Below, piece after piece: positions 12,802-24,983 of a stretch of DNA of 48,119 bases (the stretch's first letter is position 1; each line of letters begins with the position of its first letter). The DNA lies in the NCBI GenBank assembly GCA_022813965.1, contig JALDZS010000178.1, positions 1-48,119 of the forward strand, read 5' to 3'. The position numbers were made by a program, and so were the translations under genes. Source of the stretch: Toensbergia leucococca (Eukaryota). Under the pieces are notes generated by a model that was not told the origin of the DNA, did no database searches, and saw only the letters and a list, made by a program, of their open reading frames with translations.

Positions 12802-14963
12802 ATGAGTAATATTACTACCATTCAAGACGTGGACAGCGAAGACGATACCGGAGGGGGTGTTACCTTGATCCATCATGGACATCACAACTCCGATGGACTA
12901 TCTCAGTCTGAAGATTCGTCACTTTCCGAGGAAGGACTTCTTGGGCACAGTTCATTTGCGCAGAACAACAATACCAATCCAAGTCACTTGCCTGATTCTA
13001 TTGGCCAAGCTGTTTCTTTCGACGAGGCTGGAGATTTGGTTATTGACGTGGAAATTCCAGGTGTCAATGGCCAAGACCATGTACAGGAGGAGATGGTCTA
13101 CTATCTCCAAGGTCAAGACCACCTAGAGGGCGAGACTGTCTTCGTCTTCGAAAGTCATGACCAAGTGTCGCCTATACCTGCTGCTAATACCCAAGACCCA
13201 TTCAGCCATGGGTCATCGCCTCACACGGTTCCCATGAGCGACGGAAATACCCTTACAAGCACTGTACAAAATGACTTACAAGAATCACAAAGCGACGTAT
13301 CTACCAACTCAGATGAGACTGGTCTATTCAATCAAATCATGGGGGGATTAGCAGGCTTTCACGATGATACAACAACCTATACTATAGAGGCTCAAGTGGA
13401 TGAACTGATGGATTTGGTCGATCAAGATGATTCAGAGGAAAATACTGGACGCAACCTAGGCATATACCAATTTTTCCGACATTGGAGGATTCATTACCAA
13501 ATGCTAAACTCCAGTTGTCCTCCTATCAATACACTCATCAGCCATTTTCTCGAAAGCCAAAGACCGAGAAGAATCGACATCTCCGAATTGAACGAGAAGC
13601 ATTATGACTTTCAGGGGATAGATTGGTCCAGATTGGGTGCCAGCCGTGAAGACGCTCGGCAACTACGCCGTAACACATATAAAAACCACTATAACATCAA
13701 GGACTTTGACCCTACTCAAGTAAGTATCCAAGGGAAGTCTCCACTGTCTCTGTCTCTCTGACATTTGTTGATGGGCTTCAGTATGCTCGCGAACTGGTGA
13801 ATTCTGGCAACCACTTTCGCTTCAGCCAAATGAAAACGACTTCCAAGGCCCGTTTGACCCATTTCCAGCTTCGTAATCTCATGTCTGCCACTTCGAAAAA
13901 TTCCGTCTACTACGCTGCCAATTCCAAGATTTTCTGCGTCAATCCTGAGCTGGACACAGAACGATGCGTTATGGACTTTTCCAAGTCCATTCCCAACGCC
14001 AATACCTCAACCAGGATGAAGGTCACGACCATGGCTGCGGGCAATGGTGTATTGCTTGCCGGTGGATTCACTGGAGAGTATGCTCTGAAATCTTTATCGG
14101 CCGAGTATGAGAGGAAACATTCCATGGGAATTATTACCGACAGTGGCGGGGAAAACATAATTACCAATCATGTTCAGACCTTTCTTGATCGACGAAGTGG
14201 ATTACCTCGAGCGGTCTTCTCTTCCAACGACAATACTATGCGTATTTTAGACTGCCACACCAACCGCTTCGTAAAGACCCACCATTTCCCCTGGCCGGTC
14301 AATTGCTCGGCCACCAGTCCGGATGGCCGCTTGCGTTTGATCACTGGTGACGACTGCGCCTCGTGGGTCATCGACGCAGAAACAGGCGCAAAGATCATCC
14401 GACTCCAAGGCCACCGCGATTATGGCTTCGCCTGCGATTGGAGCCCAGATGGTTTCCACGTCGCGACGGGCAACCAAGACCGAACAGTCCAAATCTGGGA
14501 TGCGCGGAAGTGGAAACGTCCGATCCATACTATCGCCACCGAAATGGCCGGCGTACGATCCATGCACTTTTCTCCCGTCGGTGGCGGCAAGCGCGTTCTT
14601 CTCCTTGCCGAACCCGGTGATATCGTCTCCGTCGTTGATGCAGACACGTATTCGAGTCAGCAACGCTTCGACTTTTTTGGCGAGATTGGAGGGATCAGTT
14701 TTACGCCCGATGGGTCGAAATTCTACGTCGCCAACACGGACGTGACGGTTGGCGGATTGATGGAATTTGACCGGGTGGGGTATTGCGAGAAATTTGGAGT
14801 GCTGATGACGAAGTTGGAGGGGATGACGAGAGAGGATTGGAGGGGGTCGGGGGGGTGGAATGAGTGGGTTGCTGAGGCGGAGTTGGATGATGATGTTCGG
14901 ACTTGTCATAGTTGGGCGCATCGGCAGAGGAGGGGATTGGGGTTGGGGGATTTGGTGTTTTAA
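12802..14963 (+). CDS. WD40-repeat protein (DUF2415 / S. pombe C2A9.03-like), 2 exons
   Basis: Exons 12802-13719 and 13782-14963 (GTAAGT..CTGAC..CAG, in frame). Acidic N-terminus, DFQGIDW, HFQLRNL and a WD repeat GHRDYGFACDWSPDGFHVATGNQDRTVQIWD. Confidence 0.88.
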
Positions 14964-15570
14964 GGGGTTTTTTTTTTTGGCTTTGGAGGGTTGGTGGTGT
15001 GAGGCCTTTGAATAAGCAAGGGTGGGGGGGGGGGTGATTTGGGCGTATTGAAGGGGTTTGGTTTGAGGGAATTCGGGAGCCTTGTTAGGTGGGGTGAGTC
15101 GTGCTGGCGTTTTTGTGAAAGGGGAAGTTTTGTTATTGGATTCGGGTGGAATTGAGAGATGGGGATTGGGGACTTTGCTTGTAGCTAAGGGCGGGTATGG
15201 GATATCTTTTCATAGCTAGCTAGTCACTTCACCTTTATAGACAAGCTCGTGAGGTGTTGTCTGCCTCGCTTGTCGCTTATCTATCCTCTTTGCACCCCTC
15301 AACCTGAAGGACACGCTTCTTATGTTTCGATGATGCTTTTTTTTTTCTGTTCTTTTTGGTAAGGGGGTGAGCTGAAGGGGGTGGGGGAGGGGGGCTGTGT
15401 ATCAGGTTTTTTTATCATTCTTCATGTTCATCCCTGCAAAAGATCAGACACATAATGAGAAATCAAAGATTTCAAGTACATGAAAGAATCTGTGTAATAT
15501 ATACTTTATTAAAGTCTGATCAAACATTCTAAACTGTTGATATCAAACAATTGAATGAAGAAGAATTTCT

Positions 15571-15590
15571 GAGAGAGAGAGAGAGAGAGA
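15571..15590. repeat. (GA)n microsatellite
   Basis: About ten GA units in an AT-rich intergenic stretch. Confidence 0.8.
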
Positions 15591-16573
15591 TATATTCCAG
15601 CTAGTTTCACAATTTAGAGACTCAGAGCTTACTTAGTAAAGAAGGTCATTTTTGAGAAGGTGAGCTAATTGTTTGTTGCATAAAGAACATAAAATTTATC
15701 TATTTACCGTAAAGATTGTTGAAAGCACAGCACAGCACAGTTCAGTTCACACTTGAATACAAAAGAAATAAATGACTCAAGTTCATGATAATTCAAAGTG
15801 ATGAAAAAACGGTGACTAAAAAATGTCAAAGAATATAACAATCAGATAGAAGGAGAGACGGGAGACATTGATACACTCTGCACAGTTCATCAGATGCTTA
15901 ATCCCCTTGAAAACGTGAGCTGAAACATACTTAGGTAAACAACGGGCTTTATTGATGAGATCAATGAAATTAGAAAAATAAGAAACTGGAACGGATTCAG
16001 GGAATGAGAGGTCATAACCATGAAAGGTGGAATTCAGGGCTCACGGTTGCTGGAAAATGGCTAATTAGATGTAGGGGAGTTATTGAGACTAAAGTGTAAA
16101 GCTATCAAATCATGAAAACGGTGAAGATGGAAAGATTGAATGAGTGGTGATGAGTAGGATTTCCTGTTTCACTGAAATCCCTGTCACCCCCGTCACATCT
16201 CGTCCTGACGAGTGGGTGTGAAGTGAGAGAGAGCGAGCCGGGGGAGGTAGTCATGGGGGGGTGTTGCCGAGGGTAGGTGAGGCAGCTATTATGCTTTGCA
16301 TTGGGCTTATGCCGGGCCAAGTCAATTTTCTTTGTTTCTATGATTTTGTATACTTCTATCACATTGCGCGAAAGGGTTCGTGTCGTTCATCCCTAGAGCT
16401 CAGCTTAAGGTGGTTTATTCTAAGCTCGCGGTCCCCACCCTTGTAGCCCATTCTTCGCACAAAAAAAGGTTAGGACTTGACTTGTTGTCTCCAGTGTAGA
16501 TCGATCATTTTTGCTTGCAACCACCCTCTTATGAAGAGCTGAGATGGGCTATCTAGGTTACTGAGTCGGGGAG

Positions 16574-17628
16574 TCAGGGATTGTAGATTTCTGATCTGAG
16601 TTCGTCAGGGTCGGTTGATGTTGTTTCTGGGGTGGCGGGGGATGAGATTGGTGGCCAGGTGGGGACTAGGGGGACGTTGGTGGGGAAGTGGGTGCAGTTT
16701 GCTGCTATGTCTAGAAGGCGACCGTGGGTTTCAGTAATTTGGGAGGGAAGGGGGAAGTACAAGGAATAAATGTAGAGAGATGTAAAGGCAGATCAGATCA
16801 TCAATTGTAAGAACCCCGAGGACACATTTTTCAAGCGTGCAAAGGATCGGTGAAAAGGTGATCCACACCGTCAACTTACTGGCAACGTAATAAGCATAAT
16901 TATGTGCATTAATCTCTTTCAGATCTGGGACGAGTCCCATACACGTATTCACGTTGTAAGGCTCGTTGTGCAAAATCGATTGCTTCCAAAATACCTGGCG
17001 GAAATAAAGATGCACAAGCTCATGCACCAAGATGGAGTATTGATTAGACCACACTCGATCAGGAACAACAAATCCGGTGTTTTCTTGATTGACAATGTCG
17101 CAATCTTCTGGCTCGGGAAAGACGTTGAGAGTGTGCGCGTTCCAAAAAATGGGACAAAGGATGATGGTTTGTGTTTCTTGCTGCCATAGCGCTGAGATTC
17201 CCAACTCGACGCACGCTGCCCAGTATGCTCTCCAGTATGATGCTGGGCCTGTGAGGCAGGCTAGAGTAGGACGTTCGGAAATGCGGACATCGGTAAAGTT
17301 GACGCCGCGACTGATACTTGTGAATAGACTGGTTACCTTGTAGGGGTTGACACCTTTGAGGAAGGCTTGGTAGGCAGAAGTATTGATAATAACTGCGCGA
17401 GGGAGGTGAGCCAGTGTCATTTGAAGGATATTGGCTATTGCATCTGCGTGCTCGGCACAGTCAACTATCAAGTAATTCCCACTTGAGATGGTGTCGGCTT
17501 TCATAAAAGTCAGTGTGATGAAATAATATATTTTCCTCGTCTTCTTTCCACTTACGATGTTGTGATGATGCATGTATGACAAAATGCAATAACACTGAGA
17601 CATAGATGAGCAAAGTGAAAGACTTCAT
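16574..17628 (-). CDS. Secreted HExxH zinc-metalloprotease-like protein (M35/zincin-like), 3 exons
   Basis: ATG 17628 gives a signal-peptide-like MKSFTLLIYVSVLLHFVIHASS. Two GTAAGT introns join in frame. Contains IILCPIFW, ILVHELVHLY and NAHNYAYY (cf. M35 NADSY), then NCTHFP and a Pro/Thr tail. Confidence 0.78.
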
Positions 17629-20032
17629 TGTGTGAGATGAAAGACATTGAGTGTAAATGTCTTTTTATGATGGCTATCACTTCGAGTCAAATGGAGAGTC
17701 ATAAGTCGATAGAAAGGTAATGATGCCCAAAGGGATGAGGGAATATAAATTGAGTAGAGCGTCTTGAAGAAACAAGCCATGAATGTCTTCTTCCGCATCC
17801 GCGCATCTAGGTTAACTATTTTGATGCAGGGCAAGCCAGAGCTTGATCACAAACGGAACTTTGGATTTCTAGCTTGACCATACCCACGAGATGACTCCAG
17901 CCGGACTTACCGTCTGGACGGTTCTCCGGAAACTGGCCCAATCGAAAGGAGAAAATGGTGGGGGCCCAAGTTTCAGATGGCGAAAGCCAAAACATCGCAT
18001 CAATGTTTCAGGCAACCATACTACATATAGCTATTTTCGCGAATGATCATAGGGCGTGTTCCTATCTGAGCGAGCTACCATCGCCTGTTGTGGCTGTAGG
18101 CTAAGGTGTCTGGCTCTAGAATGAAGGAGAAAAGCAAGGCGAAGTGACACACCGGGTGTGACAGCCATCGGAAGAAAGGTGCGCACAGCTTGGAGTGCTT
18201 CGTAGACGTTGTAATTATATGATCGAGGGATGGTTGCCAAACAGGCAGGAAAGAAAATGGGAGAAGCGAACGATTAGTTTGATATATTTTCACAGTCGAG
18301 TATCTCATTACTGACATAGCTCATCCTCGGCCATTGATTCAGGTTAGACATGGATTGAGAATGGACTTGCTATCCCCCATTCAACGAAAGGTCGTTCTCT
18401 GTAGACAATTTGATCCCATGGAAATTTGCCAGGCTGATACTTGAGGCGAAATTAGTAGCGTAGTATATTGCATTCCTAAAAGACGTAGAATTTGCTCACT
18501 TCATACCCAAATGTCGACATATTGCGTCGATGGCTTGATGCCTTGTGTCAAGAAATCCTTTGATCACACATAAGGAGACATACGTGACAATGTTGTGAGC
18601 ATGGTAGACATGAGGAAAACAGAACTCTCTATAAGCTTGATATTGAGCAATATCCACTTGGCAGTACCATCAGCTCCTTCCTAGCAGATATATCTTGAAG
18701 AATATCACAGTTGCGGTAGAGAAGGCAGCAATATGTGAATCAACTTTCGAGGCTCGACATGAATTTGCGTAATTTGATATTACGACCATCGGAGTTGATT
18801 GAAGATGAAAAGGCTCGTTCGCAAAGGTCAAGTTGAAGAAGTTAAAAGAAACAAGTCCTACCGATGTGGGTGTAACTTGTACATAGGTGAAACCTGACTA
18901 GCTAGAGAGGAGAGGGAAGAGGGGAGAGAAGTTGAAATCCGGAGTCGCTCGATGGTTTGTCCACGCGCTAATTCAGCGGTATCCTAGAGTTAGGGTAAGC
19001 TGAGGCTGTGCCCTCATGAATCAAAGCTAATGAAAGAATGGACTAGCGTTGATCGGGTGCAATCGAGGAATCTTCGAATCGAGAAATACTTTACCGACGT
19101 CATCTATATTCCTCGAGCTAACAAAGGTAACCTCATCTTTGCCTCTCTTACCCTTCTCCCTCTGCAAGTTGGACCATGCCTAATATATTCCCAAGAAAAG
19201 TATGATCCATGCTGGTCCGCTTTGATCCTCTATTGCAACCTCGACGTATTCTTTGTTTCCAATACATACTAAAGCTATAGCTTACCCAGGGAAGGACGCA
19301 AGCACTCAAATACCTAAGATGGTGGTAGCTTCGCCGATCGCTACAACATACATGACCATGTATGCTACATCAGACCGACTTGAATTTCACCTCTTTAGTC
19401 TCCGTCATTGGAACCTCTAACGTGTTGATATTTGATACAAACTGTACCACTACATTGCTCTATACCATGTCTAGAACACCCGCCGCTTCGGCAAGTCATC
19501 TTGCATCGCATTTTCAATATGACTCAAGACATCCCGAATACCCGGATCCAATGCCAGATCTAGCCTATGTCAAACATGATACACCGGCCCGAGAAAGCAG
19601 TCAAACAATGGCAATCCCAGGCCTGATTTGTGCCTGTACTTACTGTTCAGTACTCACTAGGCAGACTTGCCGTCACTATACCGACAAGTGCTGATGAACT
19701 TGTTCAGCTGGACCCCATTGATACTGGTAGGCCTTGGATGGGTACATTGTTACAAGTCCTTGAATCCCTCCGGCACCCCCCCTATTGAATGCATTGCATA
19801 GTTACATCCATCTTGATTGCCCTGGTCCTTGCTTTATTCTAATATCCAACTCGCCGTCTGCAAGGAACCAGAGCCCCATATTTTTGCCAAGGATGGAGGC
19901 CCCTCTCCCACTTGTTCACAAGTACTATGTGCGTTCTAACCATCCCCAATCCGTCACTTGATTCTTTGAAAACTTCTCAAGTCACCTTGGACCTTCTTTA
20001 CATCACTCACACAGAGGAGAAAGTTTTGATTC

Positions 20033-21522
20033 ATGGCAAGCAGTTTTGGGTCAGCCGGTACTCCTCCGCCAGGCGTTGAGTCCAACTTTGATAATCCCGC
20101 CTCACTCTATCCTGAAATTCTGGCGACGGTCATCATCTGCATTACACTGACCACTTTGTTCACTATTGCACGCTTGATTGCGAAGCGAGCTGTCTCAGCT
20201 TGGACTCTTGAAGATTGTATGTACCTGTGAAAAGACTTCATGATCGCAATCGAGCTAATCTAATATCTGCTCAGATGTCCTGTTGATAGCATGGGTGTGT
20301 GTTTACCAATACATCCGACAACGGCACTGACGAATGAAATAGGCAGCCAATATAGCCTATGATGTTATTTTTCTCGTGCAAGGGCAAGCTGGACTTGGCC
20401 GTCATATCTGGGATGTTCAAGCAGCGGACAGCGAGTATATTTCACAAGTACAATCCATATCGGTGGCCACCAAAGAGATGAGTTGCTAACGTGTTGTAGC
20501 TAAGCTGGGCTCTCGAAATACTTTATTCGCCTGCCATCTGGATAGCCAAAGCAGCACTCCTCCTTCAACTCATGCGTATTTTCGCGCCGACCAAATCGGG
20601 TGCTGTTTACTGGGCTATACAAGGCCTCATCTGGGGGAATCTAGCCTTTTATACTAGCACCACTTTTGTCATCATCTTCGAATGCACTCCGCCGGAAAAG
20701 GTATGGAATCCGCTTTACTCCGGAGGGTACTGCATCAATGTCGACGCCGCCATTATTGCCACTAGCGCTTTCAACGTTGTTTCCGACCTCCTGGTCCTAA
20801 TACTTCCCATTTGGGCGGCATTGCATTTGCGACTTGCATTAAAGCAAAAGATTGGAGTAGTCGCCGTCTTTGCGACTGGATTGATGTATGAAATCGACTC
20901 TTCATGCACGCTGTATAGCATTTGATATGGGAGACTTTTACTAATCTTTCCATCTACCTAGTGCTGTTTCCTCAAGTATTTGCCGTCTTGTCTATACACT
21001 TCGCATACCTGGCGACAAAGATTCTACGTACATTATCGCGCAAGTAGCCATGTGGACGTAAGTCTAATCGTGTTCTCCTCTCTTCCCAATTTGCGCTAAA
21101 CTAAAACCCACTCCAGACTCGCGGAAATTACAAGCATCATTCTCTGTACCTGCTTCCCCATGATGCCACGATTCAGGCGACTTGTCCAAAGTTGGTTTCA
21201 TGGATCGAAAGGCGGCAACTCATACTACAAAAGCCATCATAGTAAAATACCTTTTACTCCTAGAAAACCCATGTCCTCTGGCGAGGACACCATTCAGAAT
21301 TCCGATGCGGCTTACGGGGCTTCACCATGGGTTACGGGGGATGATGAGATCTCTGGGTTGAAAAACGTAAACATACCGCTTGAAGAGCAAGGAGAAAAAG
21401 ATTTGGAGAGGTGTGAGGGGAGTGAGGATGATGAGCAGGATGGAATTAAAAAGACTATTAGTATTGATTTGAAAAGTCAGCATCGGAATGGTTTGAGCAG
21501 AGAAGCAGTATCGTTGGTATAA
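20033..21522 (+). CDS. PTH11-like integral membrane protein (fungal rhodopsin-domain GPCR-like, no CFEM), multi-exon
   Basis: PPPGVESNFDNP start, ARLIAK..WTLED, GLGRHIWDV, FECTP..WNP, NVVSDLLVLILPI, QKIGVVAVFATG and EITSIILCTCFP motifs, separated by short canonical introns. Confidence 0.88.
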
Positions 21523-23126
21523 GATTCACGATTGAAGTTGTGTGTACTTGTCTTATCATAGCCGGATCGCTTTTGCCTAGGACTCACGTCAATATACCCT
21601 ATCTAGGTCGTTTGGATACTGACAGGATATGCGATGGCGTTCATTACAATCTATTAATTAGAAATGGGGAGTCGCGATAAAAACTTTTCATGGCAGTTGA
21701 CCCATCCGCACGCCATTAAAAATCGCAAAAATTATCACCACCACTCACCACCCCTAAAAGAAGAATCCACCCCAAACCCCCCCCAAATCCGAACCCCACG
21801 CAAAATCCTTCTCAGTCGGGAGGCAGGCGTCTTCCGCGTACTATTATCAGAAGCGACAAATACACAAGGCTCAAGACTTTGGTCATCTTCAAATTTTGGA
21901 AACCGATCCAGGTTTGACAATTTTGGCTTGCTATTGGGGCAAGTGGAGAGGGTTAAGGCAAGTGAAAATCAACATAGAGTACTCGTGACTATATGGGGGT
22001 TTCTCTTTGCGAAAGCTCTCCACCAACTTTCCCCATCAGCCTTCCCATTCTCAGCGACGATGATTTGAAGCAGTCTGTTTGTTCATTGATCATCGACTTC
22101 AAAGGGTTGCTCTTGGGCTTTGATAACTCAAGGAATGCAGATGAGACCAGTAGAACCTGAGTAAAGATGATTTCCTGGACTCTGCCGTCGTTTAGGCGCC
22201 GAACCATTTTCGTGCAGAGTGAACTAATTTTTTCCCTGAGTAGGCCGTCAACTGCATACTCAGACACACCTAGTAAGAAGGGCACCTTTAATACCGAGAT
22301 ATGCGGAAAACTCGTTTTTCCGCGTACAGAGAGAATCATCTCGATTCTGAACCCATCATTCGACTCACTTCTCTGCGCCTCTTGGGTAGGTATTCGAAAT
22401 GAATAGGTAGGTAGGTAGGAATCGGATAGGTAGGCGAATATTAGGCTCGAGGTAGGTAGGGTGTATAGGGTGGAGAATCGAGTCAAAATGGGGGTGTACA
22501 GAGTAGAACCACGAGAGTTCCCTAGGCAATACCGCTGCTAATTAGCACGCAAATGGAACAGGTAAGTTATTTCGAAAATGGGTAGAGAATCAAGTGCGAA
22601 TGTGGTGCGAGATCAAGGATTATCCTCTATTATACACGGAGTTATCGGTACTAAGCACTCTAGGGTACTGCATTTCCGGGTATATTCGAGTATTCTAGCG
22701 ATTTATTCAGTATCAAGAGAGCGGAGTGGAATGTGCAGAATAGAATATGCGGAATATCTCGCCTATAGATCCCACCTATCTTGCTCAATACACAGCGGCG
22801 GTTGAAGAGGACAGGAAGTACTTCGCAGAACATTTTTCGGCTTGATCTGTCATCATCTGTAAGCTCTTTATCGGATAATGAAGATTCCATGATGATTGAT
22901 GAGAATGCTCTTCCAAGCACGCCCGTATCACCCAGACCTACCAACAGCAAAGTCACAATCCGCCGCCACTTCTAAACGATAATAGAAATACTCTATACAG
23001 TCCAGCAACAAAAAAATACTTCAAACTGCAACATTTACCCCCTCAAACAAGTTTAAGACGCCAATAACGCCCCCCACCCCCACCCCCACCACCAAGAAGA
23101 ATACCTTCCCCTCACCCCGATTCTGC

Positions 23127-24690
23127 TCACGGCCCCCTTCCAGTCCTACGTCGCATCAAGGCTCGAAGCTTTGCTCGTGCAGCAGCGTTGGGCTCCCACC
23201 AAAGCCGCTCCTCATCAAGTCGGCAGAATGCAAACCACTTGTGCTGGACCCCGCGAATGCAAGTGCTCATATGTATGTACTCGTCTGGCCTGTTGCGATA
23301 TACTTGTGATAGCATCGCCTTGTCTGCGCAAATCCTTTTCCGCGAAGCTCCTCCACTCAACATTGGTCGAATCATACCTTTGACCCCCGGTGTGACACCG
23401 GTCATTTCGTCGGGCATACGCCATGATTTTATACATCATTTGATCCGCACTAACTGACGTTTTTGATGCCGTCTCCTTGATACTGTCAAGGTATGGGGTT
23501 GGCTTTGCTGGTACATATGACGGCCGAAATGCTGCTGTCTCTTGCTTCTCGCGCTCGACTCCCGAGTCCCGCCGCGACGGCCTGCCAATCCAGTTTTGGT
23601 ATCTGATTCCAAAGCGCACTCCGATGTATATTCGTTCTATACTCCTCCAAGCTGGACCGCGAGGTAATCGCCCGTACTCAATTTGGAGCCGGACCTCCAT
23701 CATGGCCTGTATTGACTGGTTGAGGGCAAGTACGAGCCCCCTCCTGGCCATATAACTTCTCCCATGTCGACATCAACATGCCATCGCATATGCCTGCATA
23801 CTTCTCGTGCTCGTCCCTCTCCTTCTTCTTTACCTTGCCTGTACGGCGGGCTTCGCACCTGTCCTTGAGCATTTGAATGAATGCTTGGAGCCGCGGTGAA
23901 ATGTTTCTGAATCCTCGGATTGCCTTGGCATATTCAATTCGTTCCTTCAAGCGATCAGCAGTCATGGGCCCTTCAATGGGCCTGGGCCATGCTGTGTTGA
24001 TGTTACCGAGTGATCGCGAATAGCATATAAAATGAAGGGAATTAGATGAGGGGAAGATCAAGTGATTCCATATGCTCCAACTGGCCATGGGCGGACCTAT
24101 CAAATCCTTGGAAACAATTCCCTCATATGTTCCAAATCGGCTTGTGTTGTCATGGGGAGTTAGGTAATAAGAAAGGGCTGGTATCCCCATCAAAAGTAAT
24201 CATCAGATAGAGAGTCTTTCGACCTACCAGTAATCCAAATAATTCACCTATTCAAACAATCACCTATTCCTCATATAAAGATCTTCTATTCCGCATACAA
24301 ATATCGATCCTAAACCTCAAACATGCTGGAAGGATCTTCAGTCATCTGTTGTGTCTGCGGTACTTCGACGGAACTCTGTGGCTGAGGAGTGAGGGAGGTG
24401 AAAAGCTGCGAGATAATTTACGAAAAAGCCAGACATGACGAGTTGCCGAGAGCTTGGACGCTGATACGGAGCTTTGATGACAAGAGGGGTGCTTGATACC
24501 GACGGCAGAGCTGGATATCGAGGAAGTGCTTGATGCTAGCTGATACAAAGCTCAAAGATGTGATACCGACGCAGAGCTAGGTACCGAGAAAGTGCTTAAT
24601 ACTGACGCGGCGCTTGATGGCGAGAAGATGCTTGACACTGATGCAGAGCTGTGGGCTGAGAAAAAGTGCTTGGAACTGATGAGCTGATCA
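23127..24690 (-). pseudogene. Frameshifted hypothetical gene (pseudogene or unpolished sequence) with a Ser-rich repeat upstream
   Basis: Overlapping ORFs 23678-24193, 23215-23751 and 23127-23417 merge into one plausible protein if single extra bases are removed. A degenerate 36-bp Ser-rich repeat lies at about 24490-24690. Confidence 0.5.
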
Positions 24691-24983
24691 GACAGAGAAA
24701 TTAGATCAGGAAAGATCAGAGTGTAGAAGAAAAGTAAAAGATGATGAGATAAAAGACAGAAGAGAGTAAGTAAGAAAGTAAAATTTATAAAGTTACAAAA
24801 GTGATAAGTGACTAAAGACTACCTAGGTAATGTCAAACCTTAAACACAGATGGCAGTTTCTCAATGCGCAAACACTGATAAGATTATATCGTCAATAATA
24901 TTACAAGTTCAACAACCCAAAACAAACCTCAGGGAAAACCAAAAAAACACACACATATCCCTCCCCCAAGCACAAAAAAGCCC

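Noticed and set aside
13910..14921. Several long overlapping/antisense ORFs in the WD40 gene
   Set aside because: Explained by GC-rich codon usage of the real gene.
15400..15900. AT-rich, CpG-poor stretch (similar near 24700-24900 and 47200-47800) as RIP-mutated transposon
   Set aside because: No recognisable TE coding remnant or termini; needs RIP indices and a repeat library.
21664..22975. Short ORFs between the PTH11-like gene and the broken gene, including LPSTPVSPRP..VTIRRHF
   Set aside because: May be gene or transposase relics, but I found no catalytic motif, terminal repeats or consistent exon model.
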